Positions 23,691-32,228 of a stretch of 64,000 nt of DNA are shown here, piece after piece. The DNA comes from Gammaproteobacteria bacterium. Its GTDB lineage: Bacteria > Pseudomonadota > Gammaproteobacteria > WFUO01. The notes under the pieces were generated by a model that was not told where the DNA came from, searched no databases, and worked only from the letters and a program-made list of their open reading frames with translations. Location of the stretch: contig WFUO01000060.1 of assembly GCA_015484945.1 (NCBI GenBank), positions 2,536 to 66,535 on the forward strand, in the 5' to 3' direction. Numbering within the stretch: the first letter of the stretch is position 1; each line of letters starts with the position of its first letter. The position numbers were made by a program, and so were the translations under genes.

Positions 23691-25130
23691 ATGAACATCG
23701 TCATGCCCAATTTCGCCAGCGTCCTGCCGGAGATGTTCGTACTCGGCATGGCCTGCGCGATCCTGGTGATCGACGCGTTACTGAGCGGGCGCAGGAAGGT
23801 GATTACCTATTCACTCAGCCAGTTGACGCTGCTTGGCGCACTGATACTCACAGTCATGCATAGCGGTGAAAAGGAAGTGGTGACCTTCGGCGGCACCTTC
23901 GTGCGTGACACCATGGGTGATTTCCTCAAGGTGTTTATCTATGTCATAACGGCTGTGGTATTCCTGTACTCGCGTGACTACATCAAGTCGCGCGGCATAG
24001 ACAAGGGCGAATATTACGTTCTCGGCCTGTTCGGCATGCTGGGCATGATGATCATGGTCTCGGCACACAGCCTGCTGACAATCTATCTCGGTCTGGAGCT
24101 GCTGTCGCTATCCCTGTATGCGCTGGTCGCCTTTCAGCGTGACAATGCCGTGGCTTCCGAGGCGGCAATGAAGTATTTCGTGCTGGGCGCTATCGCTTCG
24201 GGCATGTTGCTGTACGGTATGTCGATGCTCTACGGTGTCACTCATAGTCTGGACATCGGCAAGATCGCGAGCTATATCGCCTCCCACCAGGAACAACAGA
24301 TGATACTGGCCTTTGGACTGGTATTCGTCGTCGTCGGCCTGGCGTTCAAGCTTGGCGCAGTTCCGTTCCACATGTGGTTGCCGGATGTCTATCATGGCGC
24401 ACCCACATCGGTGACGCTGTATATCGGCACGGCACCCAAGATTGCGGCTTTCGCGATGGCCATCCGTCTGCTGGTGGATGGCATGCAGGGCCTGGCAGCC
24501 GAATGGCAGGCGATGTTCATGGTGTTGGCCACATTGTCACTGGCCATTGGCAACATTGTTGCCATTGCCCAGACCAACATGAAACGCATGTTGGCCTATT
24601 CGACCATATCGCATGTCGGTTTTCTGGTACTGGGTATCCTGGCCGGCACGCGTGAGGGATATGTGGCCTCGATGTTCTACACCATCACCTATGCGATCAT
24701 GGCGCTTGGCGCTTTCGGCATCATCCTTCTGTTAAGCCGCAAGGGCTTCGAATCCGACCAGTTGGATGATTTCAAGGGGCTTGCTGATCGCAGTCCCTGG
24801 ATCGCCTTTCTGATGCTGCTCATCATGTTCTCGATGGCTGGTGTGCCGCCAACAGTCGGTTTCTATGCCAAACTGATGGTTCTGCAGACAGTTATCGATG
24901 TCGATATGCTGTGGATCGCCATTGTCGCTGTGCTGTTCTCGGTGGTCGGCGCCTTCTACTATCTGCGTGTGGTCAAATTGATGTATTTCGACAAGCCATC
25001 CGGATCGGGCAGCCTCATCGAGGCCGGTATCGATACGCGCGTCATCGTCAGCAGCAATGCTATACTGGTGCTCCTGCTCGGGCTGTTCCCGGGTGGGTTG
25101 ATCGCACTGTGCCGATTGGCATTTGCCTGA
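23691..25130 (+). CDS. nuoN: NADH-quinone oxidoreductase subunit N
   Basis: ATG at 23691 after GAGG; [29 protein letters not shown] and SMAGVPP. Confidence 0.97.
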   Translation: MNIVMPNFASVLPEMFVLGMACAILVIDALLSGRRKVITYSLSQLTLLGALILTVMHSGEKEVVTFGGTFVRDTMGDFLKVFIYVITAVVFLYSRDYIKSRGIDKGEYYVLGLFGMLGMMIMVSAHSLLTIYLGLELLSLSLYALVAFQRDNAVASEAAMKYFVLGAIASGMLLYGMSMLYGVTHSLDIGKIASYIASHQEQQMILAFGLVFVVVGLAFKLGAVPFHMWLPDVYHGAPTSVTLYIGTAPKIAAFAMAIRLLVDGMQGLAAEWQAMFMVLATLSLAIGNIVAIAQTNMKRMLAYSTISHVGFLVLGILAGTREGYVASMFYTITYAIMALGAFGIILLLSRKGFESDQLDDFKGLADRSPWIAFLMLLIMFSMAGVPPTVGFYAKLMVLQTVIDVDMLWIAIVAVLFSVVGAFYYLRVVKLMYFDKPSGSGSLIEAGIDTRVIVSSNAILVLLLGLFPGGLIALCRLAFA

Positions 25131-25145
25131 CAAAAAGAGTCTGAC

Positions 25146-25451
25146 ATGTCCCTGAACCTGATCACCGGCCTGCTGCTGGTCGTGGCACTCGTGACCGCCA
25201 ATCTGCCCTGGCTGACCTCCCGCTTTCTGTTGTTCATCCCGCTGCCACGGGGCAAGAACGAATGGTTGCGATTGCTCGAATGGCTGATCTTCTACTTTCT
25301 CACCGGCCTGCTGGCGTTGGGATTTGAACAACGTTGGACAGGCGGCATTCACGAACAGAAATGGGACTTCTACGTCATCACCTTCAGCCTGTATCTGGTG
25401 TTCGCGTTTCCGGGCTTTATCTACTGTCATCTGCTGCAGCGTCGTCACTGA
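25146..25451 (+). CDS. DUF2818 family membrane protein
   Basis: ANLPW, RLLEW, QKWDFYVIT and VFAFPGFIY; usual position after nuoN. Confidence 0.85.
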   Translation: MSLNLITGLLLVVALVTANLPWLTSRFLLFIPLPRGKNEWLRLLEWLIFYFLTGLLALGFEQRWTGGIHEQKWDFYVITFSLYLVFAFPGFIYCHLLQRRH

Positions 25452-25545
25452 CCGGCGCGGAAAAAAGTTTAGTGGATCATTCAAGTATTAGAATTCTATA
25501 ATATATTGAAAACACTGAAAAAATAGTAGCTGCATTTTGCAACTA

Positions 25546-25554
25546 TGGTATTAT
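25546..25554 (+). promoter_or_regulatory. Extended -10 promoter predicting a leaderless transcript of the histidine kinase
   Basis: TG-g-TATTAT followed by a 6-nt spacer and ATG 25561; no SD sequence present. Confidence 0.5.
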
Positions 25555-25560
25555 GCAACC

Positions 25561-27516
25561 ATGCAGCTACGTCAGAAACTTTTTATCGTTCTCAGCCTGA
25601 TGGCCATGGTGCCACTGCTGTTTCTGCTGTTCGAGGTATTGGGCCGAACCGAACGCGATCTGGAGAACCGCGCATCGGCGGAGTTGTACAAGACCCTCGA
25701 CAAGATGGCGCAGGAACTCAACACCCTGATGAACAACCAGAAATCCATCGTTCAGGGGCTTGCCAAGGTGCCCATCGTGCGCAGTTTCGCCAGCCTGATC
25801 GAGACTGGCGGCAGCCAGGAATACGAGAACAAGGCCAATCAGCTTGCTGCCTTCTTTCTGAACTACCAGAGCACGGTGCCGAGTATTCAGGCCATCCGCT
25901 TTACCGACACGACTGGCAAGACCCTGGTCAAGATCAAGGAAGGGCACCTGGTGCCGCTCAGCAAGCGTGACGCCAGGGGCAGGGCCTATGTCGAGGATAT
26001 CGCCTACAAGCCATTCTTCCAGTGGGCGCTGAAGACCCGCGACGGAATCTCGATATCTGACTTCGAGCGTGGCAAGGTGGCCGGAGAGGTCAACTTCTGT
26101 CCGGCCATGGTGCGCTATTCGGTGCCCATCCGCGACGAACTGGATACCCTGCAGGGTGTTCTCATCGTCAACATGTGGGGGCGACGAGTGGATCACACGG
26201 TTGAGGCAGCGCTGGGTGGTTATCCTGGCAAGGTTTATATTGTCGAGCAAAGCAGTGACAGACAGCGGGATGGTGTTTATCTGTATCACAAGAACGCTGA
26301 TTACCGTTTTGGCAACCAGCTCAAGACCGATTACCGTTTTTATCGAATTGCAGGCGCCGGTTTGTGGGAGCGTATTCGCAAGGGCCCAGACAAGGGCATG
26401 GTGGAAGGCGCGGACGGGGCCATGTATTACTACAACAAGTACGCCCCGTACCGGGATCGCGATACCCGCTGGGTGTTGATGATCGAGGCCGACCGGTCCA
26501 CGGTGCTGGCACCGGTGATCAAGCTGCGCAGCTGGATCGGATTCCTGATCGCCGTGATGCTCGTCATCAGCCTGCTGATCGCTCGTTGGGTGGCGTCACG
26601 ATTGGCTATGCCGGTACACGAGTTGGCACAGATCATCACCCGTTATGCCGATGGTGACAAGGCGGCCAGATACCAGGGTGAGCGTACCGACGAGATTGGT
26701 CTGGCCGGCAAGGCCTTCAACTATCTCACACGCAAGCTGGAGATTGCCGAAAAGGAACGCGACAAGGCCGAGTCGGCGATGCGTCAATCCGAGCGTCTGG
26801 CGGCGATTGGCCAGATGGCGGCGGGCATTGGTCACGAGATCAACAATCCACTGATGAACATCATGTCGCTGACATCGCTGATTCAGCAGTCCCTTCCCAA
26901 GGACGACAAACAGCTGCATGAAGACATCGAGGCGATCCAGAATGAGGGTAGGCGTTGTGCGCGCATCGTACAGGGTATTCTCAATTTCGCCCGCGAGACG
27001 CCACCTGAATATCGTCATTTCGATATGTCACAACTGATCAACGAGACCCTGTTGCTGCTTCGCCATCGTTTCGAAACCGCCGGGATCGAGCTGAAGAACG
27101 AGTGCCAGGAGAGCCTACCGATGGAGGGTGATACGGGTCAGTTGCAGCAAGTCCTGGTGAATGTATTACTGAATGCACTGCAGGCATCGCCATCCGGCAG
27201 TACCATACACATCAGCAGCCGTCAGTGTGACCAGTCGGTATGCATCTCGATCAGCGATGAGGGAGAAGGCGTGCGGGAGGAAGACATCGAGCGTGTGTTC
27301 CATCCCTTCTTCTCGACCAAGGCAGAAGGCAAGGGGACCGGACTTGGCCTGTCGGTCAGTTACGGAATCATCCGCAAGCATGGCGGGACCATCACCTTGC
27401 AGAACCGCGAGCAGGGTGGTGTCAAGGTTAGTATCGTCATGCCCTTGCATGAACAGAAACAAAAAGACAACCACGATAACCAGGAAGAGATCAGAGATGC
27501 CGTCAACCAGTCTTAA
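25561..27516 (+). CDS. Membrane sensor histidine kinase (TM-Cache-like-TM-HAMP-HisKA-HATPase)
   Basis: Two TM segments around a ~300-aa periplasmic domain; HAMP (DEIGLAGKAFN); H-box AGIGHEINNPL; N-box NVLLNA; ISDEGEG, FHPFFSTK and GTGLGL. Confidence 0.93.
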   Translation: MQLRQKLFIVLSLMAMVPLLFLLFEVLGRTERDLENRASAELYKTLDKMAQELNTLMNNQKSIVQGLAKVPIVRSFASLIETGGSQEYENKANQLAAFFLNYQSTVPSIQAIRFTDTTGKTLVKIKEGHLVPLSKRDARGRAYVEDIAYKPFFQWALKTRDGISISDFERGKVAGEVNFCPAMVRYSVPIRDELDTLQGVLIVNMWGRRVDHTVEAALGGYPGKVYIVEQSSDRQRDGVYLYHKNADYRFGNQLKTDYRFYRIAGAGLWERIRKGPDKGMVEGADGAMYYYNKYAPYRDRDTRWVLMIEADRSTVLAPVIKLRSWIGFLIAVMLVISLLIARWVASRLAMPVHELAQIITRYADGDKAARYQGERTDEIGLAGKAFNYLTRKLEIAEKERDKAESAMRQSERLAAIGQMAAGIGHEINNPLMNIMSLTSLIQQSLPKDDKQLHEDIEAIQNEGRRCARIVQGILNFARETPPEYRHFDMSQLINETLLLLRHRFETAGIELKNECQESLPMEGDTGQLQQVLVNVLLNALQASPSGSTIHISSRQCDQSVCISISDEGEGVREEDIERVFHPFFSTKAEGKGTGLGLSVSYGIIRKHGGTITLQNREQGGVKVSIVMPLHEQKQKDNHDNQEEIRDAVNQS

Positions 27517-28864
27517 AATGCTTTTCGTCGATGACGATCCGGTGACCTGTTCTGTCATGCGCAGAAACTGTGACAAGGCAGGCTATGACTGCGAGGTATT
27601 CCAATCGCCTGTGGAACTGTTATCCGCATTCGAGAATAACGGGGCGGACTTCATTGTCACCGATTTGCGCATGCCGGAGCTCAATGGTTTTGAACTATTG
27701 AGCCGGATTCGTGAGATCGACCCGGATGTTCCGGTCGTCGTCATGACCGGCTACTCATCGGTCGAGAACGCGGTCGAGGCGATGAAACTCGGGGCCACGG
27801 ATTTCATCAAGAAACCGTTCGATTTCGAGGAACTGCGTATCATCGTCCAGCGTACGCTGGATTCGCGTAAACTGCGTACCGAGAACCAGTTACTGAAAAA
27901 ACGCTTGGGTCAGGAACGCAATCGTTTCGGCATGATCGGTGACACCCCGGTGATGCGCGAGCTGTTCAACCGAATCGAAAAGGTCGCCGAGGTCAGCTGC
28001 AATATCATCATCATGGGTGAATCCGGCACCGGCAAGGAACTGGTTGCCAAGGCCCTGCACGACTACAGCCCACGCAAGGACGCGCCCTTCGTGGTCATAG
28101 ATTGTGGCGCGCTGACCGAGACCCTGCTCGAGAGTGAGCTGTTCGGTCACGAGAAGGGTGCATTTACCGGGGCTACCCAGCGCAAGACCGGTCTGATGGA
28201 ACAGGCCAGTGGCGGCACCCTGTTTCTTGATGAAATCAGCAATATATCGGATGCCATGCAGATGAAACTGATGCGCGCCATAGAGGACCAGAAGATCACC
28301 CGCGTGGGCAGTACCGTTCCTATACCGATCGATCTGCGCATCATTGCAGCCAGCAACCGTAATCTGGAAAAAATGGTTCAGGATGGCGAATTCCGGCACG
28401 ATTTCTACCATCGACTCAATGTCGTTAGTATTCATCTGCCACCATTGCGCGAGCGGCGCGAGGACATCCCGGCATTGATCGAACATTTCGTCGAGATGTT
28501 TGCCAAACGCTATGAGCGCAACATACAGGGTTTCGACAACGTTTCCATGCGCAGGCTCTATGATGCCGATTGGCCGGGCAATATCCGTGAACTGAAAAAC
28601 ACCATTGAGCGCTGCGTGATTCTGGCCGATGGTCCGATACTCAAATGGCCCGACCAGACGACCACAAGCGATGACGGTAGCTCGGCGGATTTCATGAGCT
28701 TTCCCAGTGACAGTTTTCCTTCACTCGATCAGCTGGAGCAGGAGTACATCAATCATGTACTACGGCATGCCGATGGCAAGAAAACCCGCGCGGCACAGAT
28801 CCTGGGAATCGACAAGACCACGTTGTGGCGCAAGTTGCGTCGCTACGAAGAGGAACGAGGCTGA
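27497..28864 (+). CDS. Sigma-54-dependent response regulator (REC-AAA+-Fis HTH)
   Basis: ATG at 27497 overlaps the kinase end; VDDD and TDLRMP receiver motifs; GESGTGKE, ESELFGHEKGAFTGA, FLDEI, WPGNIRELKN and AAQILGIDKTTLWRK. Confidence 0.95.
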   Translation: MPSTSLKMLFVDDDPVTCSVMRRNCDKAGYDCEVFQSPVELLSAFENNGADFIVTDLRMPELNGFELLSRIREIDPDVPVVVMTGYSSVENAVEAMKLGATDFIKKPFDFEELRIIVQRTLDSRKLRTENQLLKKRLGQERNRFGMIGDTPVMRELFNRIEKVAEVSCNIIIMGESGTGKELVAKALHDYSPRKDAPFVVIDCGALTETLLESELFGHEKGAFTGATQRKTGLMEQASGGTLFLDEISNISDAMQMKLMRAIEDQKITRVGSTVPIPIDLRIIAASNRNLEKMVQDGEFRHDFYHRLNVVSIHLPPLRERREDIPALIEHFVEMFAKRYERNIQGFDNVSMRRLYDADWPGNIRELKNTIERCVILADGPILKWPDQTTTSDDGSSADFMSFPSDSFPSLDQLEQEYINHVLRHADGKKTRAAQILGIDKTTLWRKLRRYEEERG

Positions 28865-28920
28865 TGGCCGGATATGCACAGACCGGAATTGGCAAAAGGT
28901 TGTAATCTACCATCCCGACT

Positions 28921-28944
28921 TGCTGCATATGCTGCAAAATGCAG
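28921..28944. promoter_or_regulatory. Candidate upstream activator sequence(s) for the sigma-54 activator
   Basis: TGCA-N3-TGCA palindrome TGCAAAATGCAG (28933-28944), also found inverted at 25530-25541; about 90 bp upstream of the -24/-12 element. Confidence 0.5.
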
Positions 28945-28990
28945 AACCAGCCAATCGCCCATCATCATATCAGCAATAAATGAAATTCTA

Positions 28991-29003
28991 TAATTTATTG
29001 TTA
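28991..29003 (-). promoter_or_regulatory. IHF-like binding site
   Basis: Reverse strand reads TAACAA-TAAA-TTA (consensus WATCAA-N4-TTR), in an AT-rich tract between the UAS and the -24/-12 element. Confidence 0.45.
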
Positions 29004-29033
29004 TTCTTAAAGAAATAGTGATAAAAATAAGCC

Positions 29034-29049
29034 TGGAATAGTACTTGCA
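29034..29049 (+). promoter_or_regulatory. Sigma-54 (-24/-12) promoter of the DsrE-family gene
   Basis: TGGAATAGTACTTGCA has GG-N10-GC with TTGC at -12; about 50 nt upstream of the ATG; adjacent to a GAFTGA activator gene. Confidence 0.75.
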
Positions 29050-29098
29050 AACACGTATAATCGAATTGACTACAACAATACGCTAGGAGGAGGAAGCT

Positions 29099-29560
29099 AT
29101 GCTTTCCAAGAAGTTACTGTCAGTCGCGGGTGCAGTTGCTCTCAGTGCCACACTGGTTGGCTGCAACACCGGTCCCAAGCTGGTCAAGGCCAAGAATGGC
29201 TACTATCAGCAGAAGGCTGTCTATCACATCAATGACATCAACCATGCCTATGGCGCACTGCGCAACATCAAGAACCACCTGAACGCACTGGGTGACAAGA
29301 ACGTAAAGATCATCGTAGTCACCCATTCCAAGGGCGCCTTCACGCTGGTTGACGGTTCGCGCGACAAGAAGGGTCACACCTTCGAAAGCCAGATTCAGGC
29401 ACTGGCCAACCGTGGCGTACAATTCGATATCTGCGCCAACACCATCCGTGGCAAGAAGATCGACAAGAGCAAGATCAACCTCAACGCCAAGGTCGTTCCT
29501 TCTGGTGTTGCCGAGCTGGCTCACCTGCAGCAGATGGGTTACGCCTACATCAAGCCCTGA
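29099..29560 (+). CDS. DsrE/DsrF-like (COG1416-type) lipoprotein
   Basis: Strong SD AGGAGGAGG; lipobox LVGC; KAVYHIN, ALRNIKNHL, VVTHSKG, GVQFDICANTI and VVPSGVAELAHLQQMGYAYIKP are typical of DsrE-like proteins. Confidence 0.85.
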   Translation: MLSKKLLSVAGAVALSATLVGCNTGPKLVKAKNGYYQQKAVYHINDINHAYGALRNIKNHLNALGDKNVKIIVVTHSKGAFTLVDGSRDKKGHTFESQIQALANRGVQFDICANTIRGKKIDKSKINLNAKVVPSGVAELAHLQQMGYAYIKP

Positions 29561-29585
29561 GACCAGTTTCTCGGTTTGATTCTGG

Positions 29586-29613
29586 AAACGGGTGCTTCGG
29601 CACCCGTTTTTTT
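29586..29613 (+). terminator. Rho-independent terminator
   Basis: AAACGGGTGC-TTCG-GCACCCGTTT stem-loop with T7 tail. Confidence 0.9.
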
Positions 29614-29775
29614 GTGGGTGCCATGAACACGGTGAGGAACGAACACGCCGGGCACAGCGTGCTAATATCGTAAGGTGGTCTGCTGGTGGGTTTGGCACCG
29701 CGCGTGTGCAGTCGTGGCGTCACGCAGCAGTGTGGCGATTCCATGCGTCCGGAAACGAACGGGTGCCGGGGGGGC

Positions 29776-29804
29776 TTGCAAAGCCCGATGCCGGTCTGTA
29801 CTAT
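29776..29804 (+). promoter_or_regulatory. Sigma-70 promoter for tRNA-fMet
   Basis: TTGCAA-N17-TACTAT ending 13 nt before the tRNA. Confidence 0.7.
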
Positions 29805-29817
29805 TCACCCTGCCGAT

Positions 29818-29894
29818 TGCGGGGTGGAGCAGTCTGGCAGCTCGTCGGGCTCATAACCCGAAGGTCGCAGGTTCAAATCCTGCCCCCGCTACCA
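29818..29894 (+). tRNA. Initiator tRNA-fMet(CAT)
   Basis: 77 nt; anticodon arm TCGGG-CTCATAA-CCCGA with three G-C pairs; unpaired 1:72 position; encoded CCA; upstream of rimP-nusA-infB (metY position). Confidence 0.97.
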
Positions 29895-29912
29895 ATTCTT
29901 GCTTTTTGAATC

Positions 29913-29941
29913 AACGCCTTGCATATTGCGGGCGTTTTTTT
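29913..29941 (+). terminator. Rho-independent terminator after tRNA-fMet
   Basis: AACGCC...GGCGTT stem followed by a T-run. Confidence 0.75.
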
Positions 29942-30083
29942 GTGGGGCATGTCCCGGGGTCTGGTCTGTTTTCGGGGCGCAGGCCGGAGGGGTGTTCGCC
30001 GGCGAGGCCATGAGTGAATCGGCAGAAGCGGTGATAGTCCGCGAATGAATGCCGGGACGACCTGAAAACATGCGTGTAAGTGC

Positions 30084-30111
30084 TTGCGATATAATGCTTT
30101 CATTGTATAAT
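30084..30111 (+). promoter_or_regulatory. Putative sigma-70 promoter for the rimP-nusA-infB operon
   Basis: TTGCGA-N16-TATAAT; a second TATAAT lies at 30090-30095. Confidence 0.55.
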
Positions 30112-30138
30112 ACGCGCAGTTAACGGAGTTCGACGAGG

Positions 30139-30165
30139 AGTGGGCCATTGGCCCATTTTTTGTTT
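30139..30165 (+). promoter_or_regulatory. rimP leader (short GGGC/GCCC hairpin plus U-tract attenuator)
   Basis: AGTGGGCCATTGGCCCATTTTTTGTTT directly upstream of rimP matches the known rimP-leader architecture. Confidence 0.7.
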
Positions 30166-30189
30166 CCGCAAAAAAGGCAAGAGACTGGC

Positions 30190-30645
30190 ATGAATCAGGC
30201 GCCGGAACGGATTGAAAGGATCGTGGCCCCGATCGTGGAGGCACTGGGTTACGAACTCGTGGGGATCGAGTACATCCGTGCCAAGGGAGGGGTGCTGCGC
30301 GTTTACATCGATACGCCATCCGGGATAAAAATCGATGATTGTCAGTTGGTTAGCGAACAGTTGAGCGCGGCGCTCGATGTCGAGGACCCGATCAGCGGGC
30401 AGTACACGCTGGAGGTCTCGTCGCCGGGCCTGGACCGGCCGCTGTTCCGGGCGGCGGATTTCGAACGCTTTGCCGGTGAACAGGCGAGGATCTCGGTCAT
30501 GATGCCGGTCGATGGCCGGCGCAAGTTCACCGGTGTACTCAAGGGTATGCAGGGTAACGATGTGATTCTGGCAGTGGGAGACGAGGAAGTCCGTTTGTCA
30601 CTGGATGATATACAGCAAGCGAGACTGGTGCCGAATTTTGATTGA
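30190..30645 (+). CDS. rimP: Ribosome maturation factor RimP
   Basis: ATG at 30190; LRVYID, IDDC and YTLEVSSPGLDRPL. Confidence 0.96.
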   Translation: MNQAPERIERIVAPIVEALGYELVGIEYIRAKGGVLRVYIDTPSGIKIDDCQLVSEQLSAALDVEDPISGQYTLEVSSPGLDRPLFRAADFERFAGEQARISVMMPVDGRRKFTGVLKGMQGNDVILAVGDEEVRLSLDDIQQARLVPNFD

Positions 30646-30675
30646 CGCACCGGTCACGGTTGGAGGCATTACTTA

Positions 30676-32211
30676 ATGAACAAAGAAATCCTGATGGTTG
30701 TGGACGCGGTCTCGAACGAGAAGGGCGTTGACAAGGAAATCATCTTCGAGGCCATCGAGGCCGCACTGGCGTCCGCTGCCAAGAAGAAGCATGGCGGCGA
30801 TATCGACGTTCGCGTGGCTATCGATCGCGAAACCGGTGAGTACGAGACCTTTCGCCGCTGGGAAGTGGTCGAGGACGACCTCGAACAGGATGCCCCGCTG
30901 CGCCAGATCACATTGTCGGCCGCGCAGGTCGATGAGCCGGAGATCAAGGTAGGTGATTTCGTCGAGGAACAGATTCCGTCTGTGGAATTCGGTCGTATTG
31001 CGGCACAGACCGCCAAACAGGTCATCGTGCAGAAGGTACGCGAGGCCGAACGTGCGCAGATCGTCGAACAGTACCAGGACCGGGTTGGTGAACTCGTTAC
31101 CGGCGTTGTCAAGCGTGTGGAGCGTGGCAATGTCTATATCGATCTCGGTGGTCATGCCGAGGCCGTGATCCTGCGTGAGCACATGATTCCGCGCGAGGCA
31201 CTGCGTCCAGGCGACAGGGTGCGGGGTTATCTCTACGATGTGCATTCCGAACCGCGTGGTCCGCAGTTGTTCGTCAGCCGCACGGCGCCCGAACTGCTGA
31301 TCGAGCTGTTCAAGCTGGAAGTACCCGAGGTTGGTCAGGGTCTGATCGACATCATGGGCGCGGCGCGTGATCCAGGGCTGCGCGCCAAGATCGCCGTGCG
31401 CAGCAACGACGAGCGCATCGATCCAATAGGAGCCTGTGTGGGGATGCGTGGTTCACGCGTACAGACTGTTTCCAACGAGCTGTCTGGTGAACGCGTCGAT
31501 ATCATCCTTTGGGACGAGAATATCGCCCAGTTTGCGATCAACGCCATGTCGCCGGCCGAGGTCACTTCGATCGTGGTGGACGAGGACAGTCATACCATGG
31601 ACATCGCGGTTGCCGACGACCAGTTGTCGCAGGCCATTGGACGTGGCGGGCAGAACGTCAAGCTGGCCAGTGAACTGATTGGCTGGAACCTCAATGTCAT
31701 GTCCGAGAGTGACGCCGAGGAGAAGAACGAGGCCGAGGCAGAGATGATCATCAGGCAGTTCATGGAACAGCTCGATGTCGATGAGGAAATCGCCACGATC
31801 CTTGCCCAGGAGGGCTTTACCAGCATCGAGGAGATCGCCTATGTGCCGACCAGTGAACTGGCCGAGATCGAAGAGTTCGACGAGGAGATCGTCGAGGAAC
31901 TGCGCGGCCGTGCCCGCGACGTGCTGCTGACCAAGGCCATCGTAGAGGAAGAGACGGTTGGTTCCAGCAAGCCGGAGAAGGAACTGCTCGAGTTGGAAGG
32001 CATGACCGAAGACCTGGCCTACAAGCTGGCCGCCAAGGGTATCGTTTCACGTGATGACCTGGCTGATCTGGCAACCGACGAATTGCAGGAGATCGATGAC
32101 AGTCTGGACGAGGCTGCTGCTTCCGGGTTGATCATGTCCGCACGCGCGCACTGGTTCAAGGAAGATGAACAAGAAGAACAGACGGCGCCGCAGCAGGAAC
32201 AGGCAGAGTAA
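30676..32211 (+). CDS. nusA: Transcription termination/antitermination factor NusA
   Basis: [43 protein letters not shown] and AIGRGGQNV; acidic C-terminal repeats. Confidence 0.98.
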   Translation: MNKEILMVVDAVSNEKGVDKEIIFEAIEAALASAAKKKHGGDIDVRVAIDRETGEYETFRRWEVVEDDLEQDAPLRQITLSAAQVDEPEIKVGDFVEEQIPSVEFGRIAAQTAKQVIVQKVREAERAQIVEQYQDRVGELVTGVVKRVERGNVYIDLGGHAEAVILREHMIPREALRPGDRVRGYLYDVHSEPRGPQLFVSRTAPELLIELFKLEVPEVGQGLIDIMGAARDPGLRAKIAVRSNDERIDPIGACVGMRGSRVQTVSNELSGERVDIILWDENIAQFAINAMSPAEVTSIVVDEDSHTMDIAVADDQLSQAIGRGGQNVKLASELIGWNLNVMSESDAEEKNEAEAEMIIRQFMEQLDVDEEIATILAQEGFTSIEEIAYVPTSELAEIEEFDEEIVEELRGRARDVLLTKAIVEEETVGSSKPEKELLELEGMTEDLAYKLAAKGIVSRDDLADLATDELQEIDDSLDEAAASGLIMSARAHWFKEDEQEEQTAPQQEQAE

Positions 32212-32228
32212 TTTCGGGGTAATTGTTG

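Noticed and set aside
25452-29894. Kinase-regulator-DsrE block as a tRNA-integrated genomic island
   Set aside because: There is no integrase and no duplicated tRNA 3' end, and the block lies on the 5' side of the tRNA.
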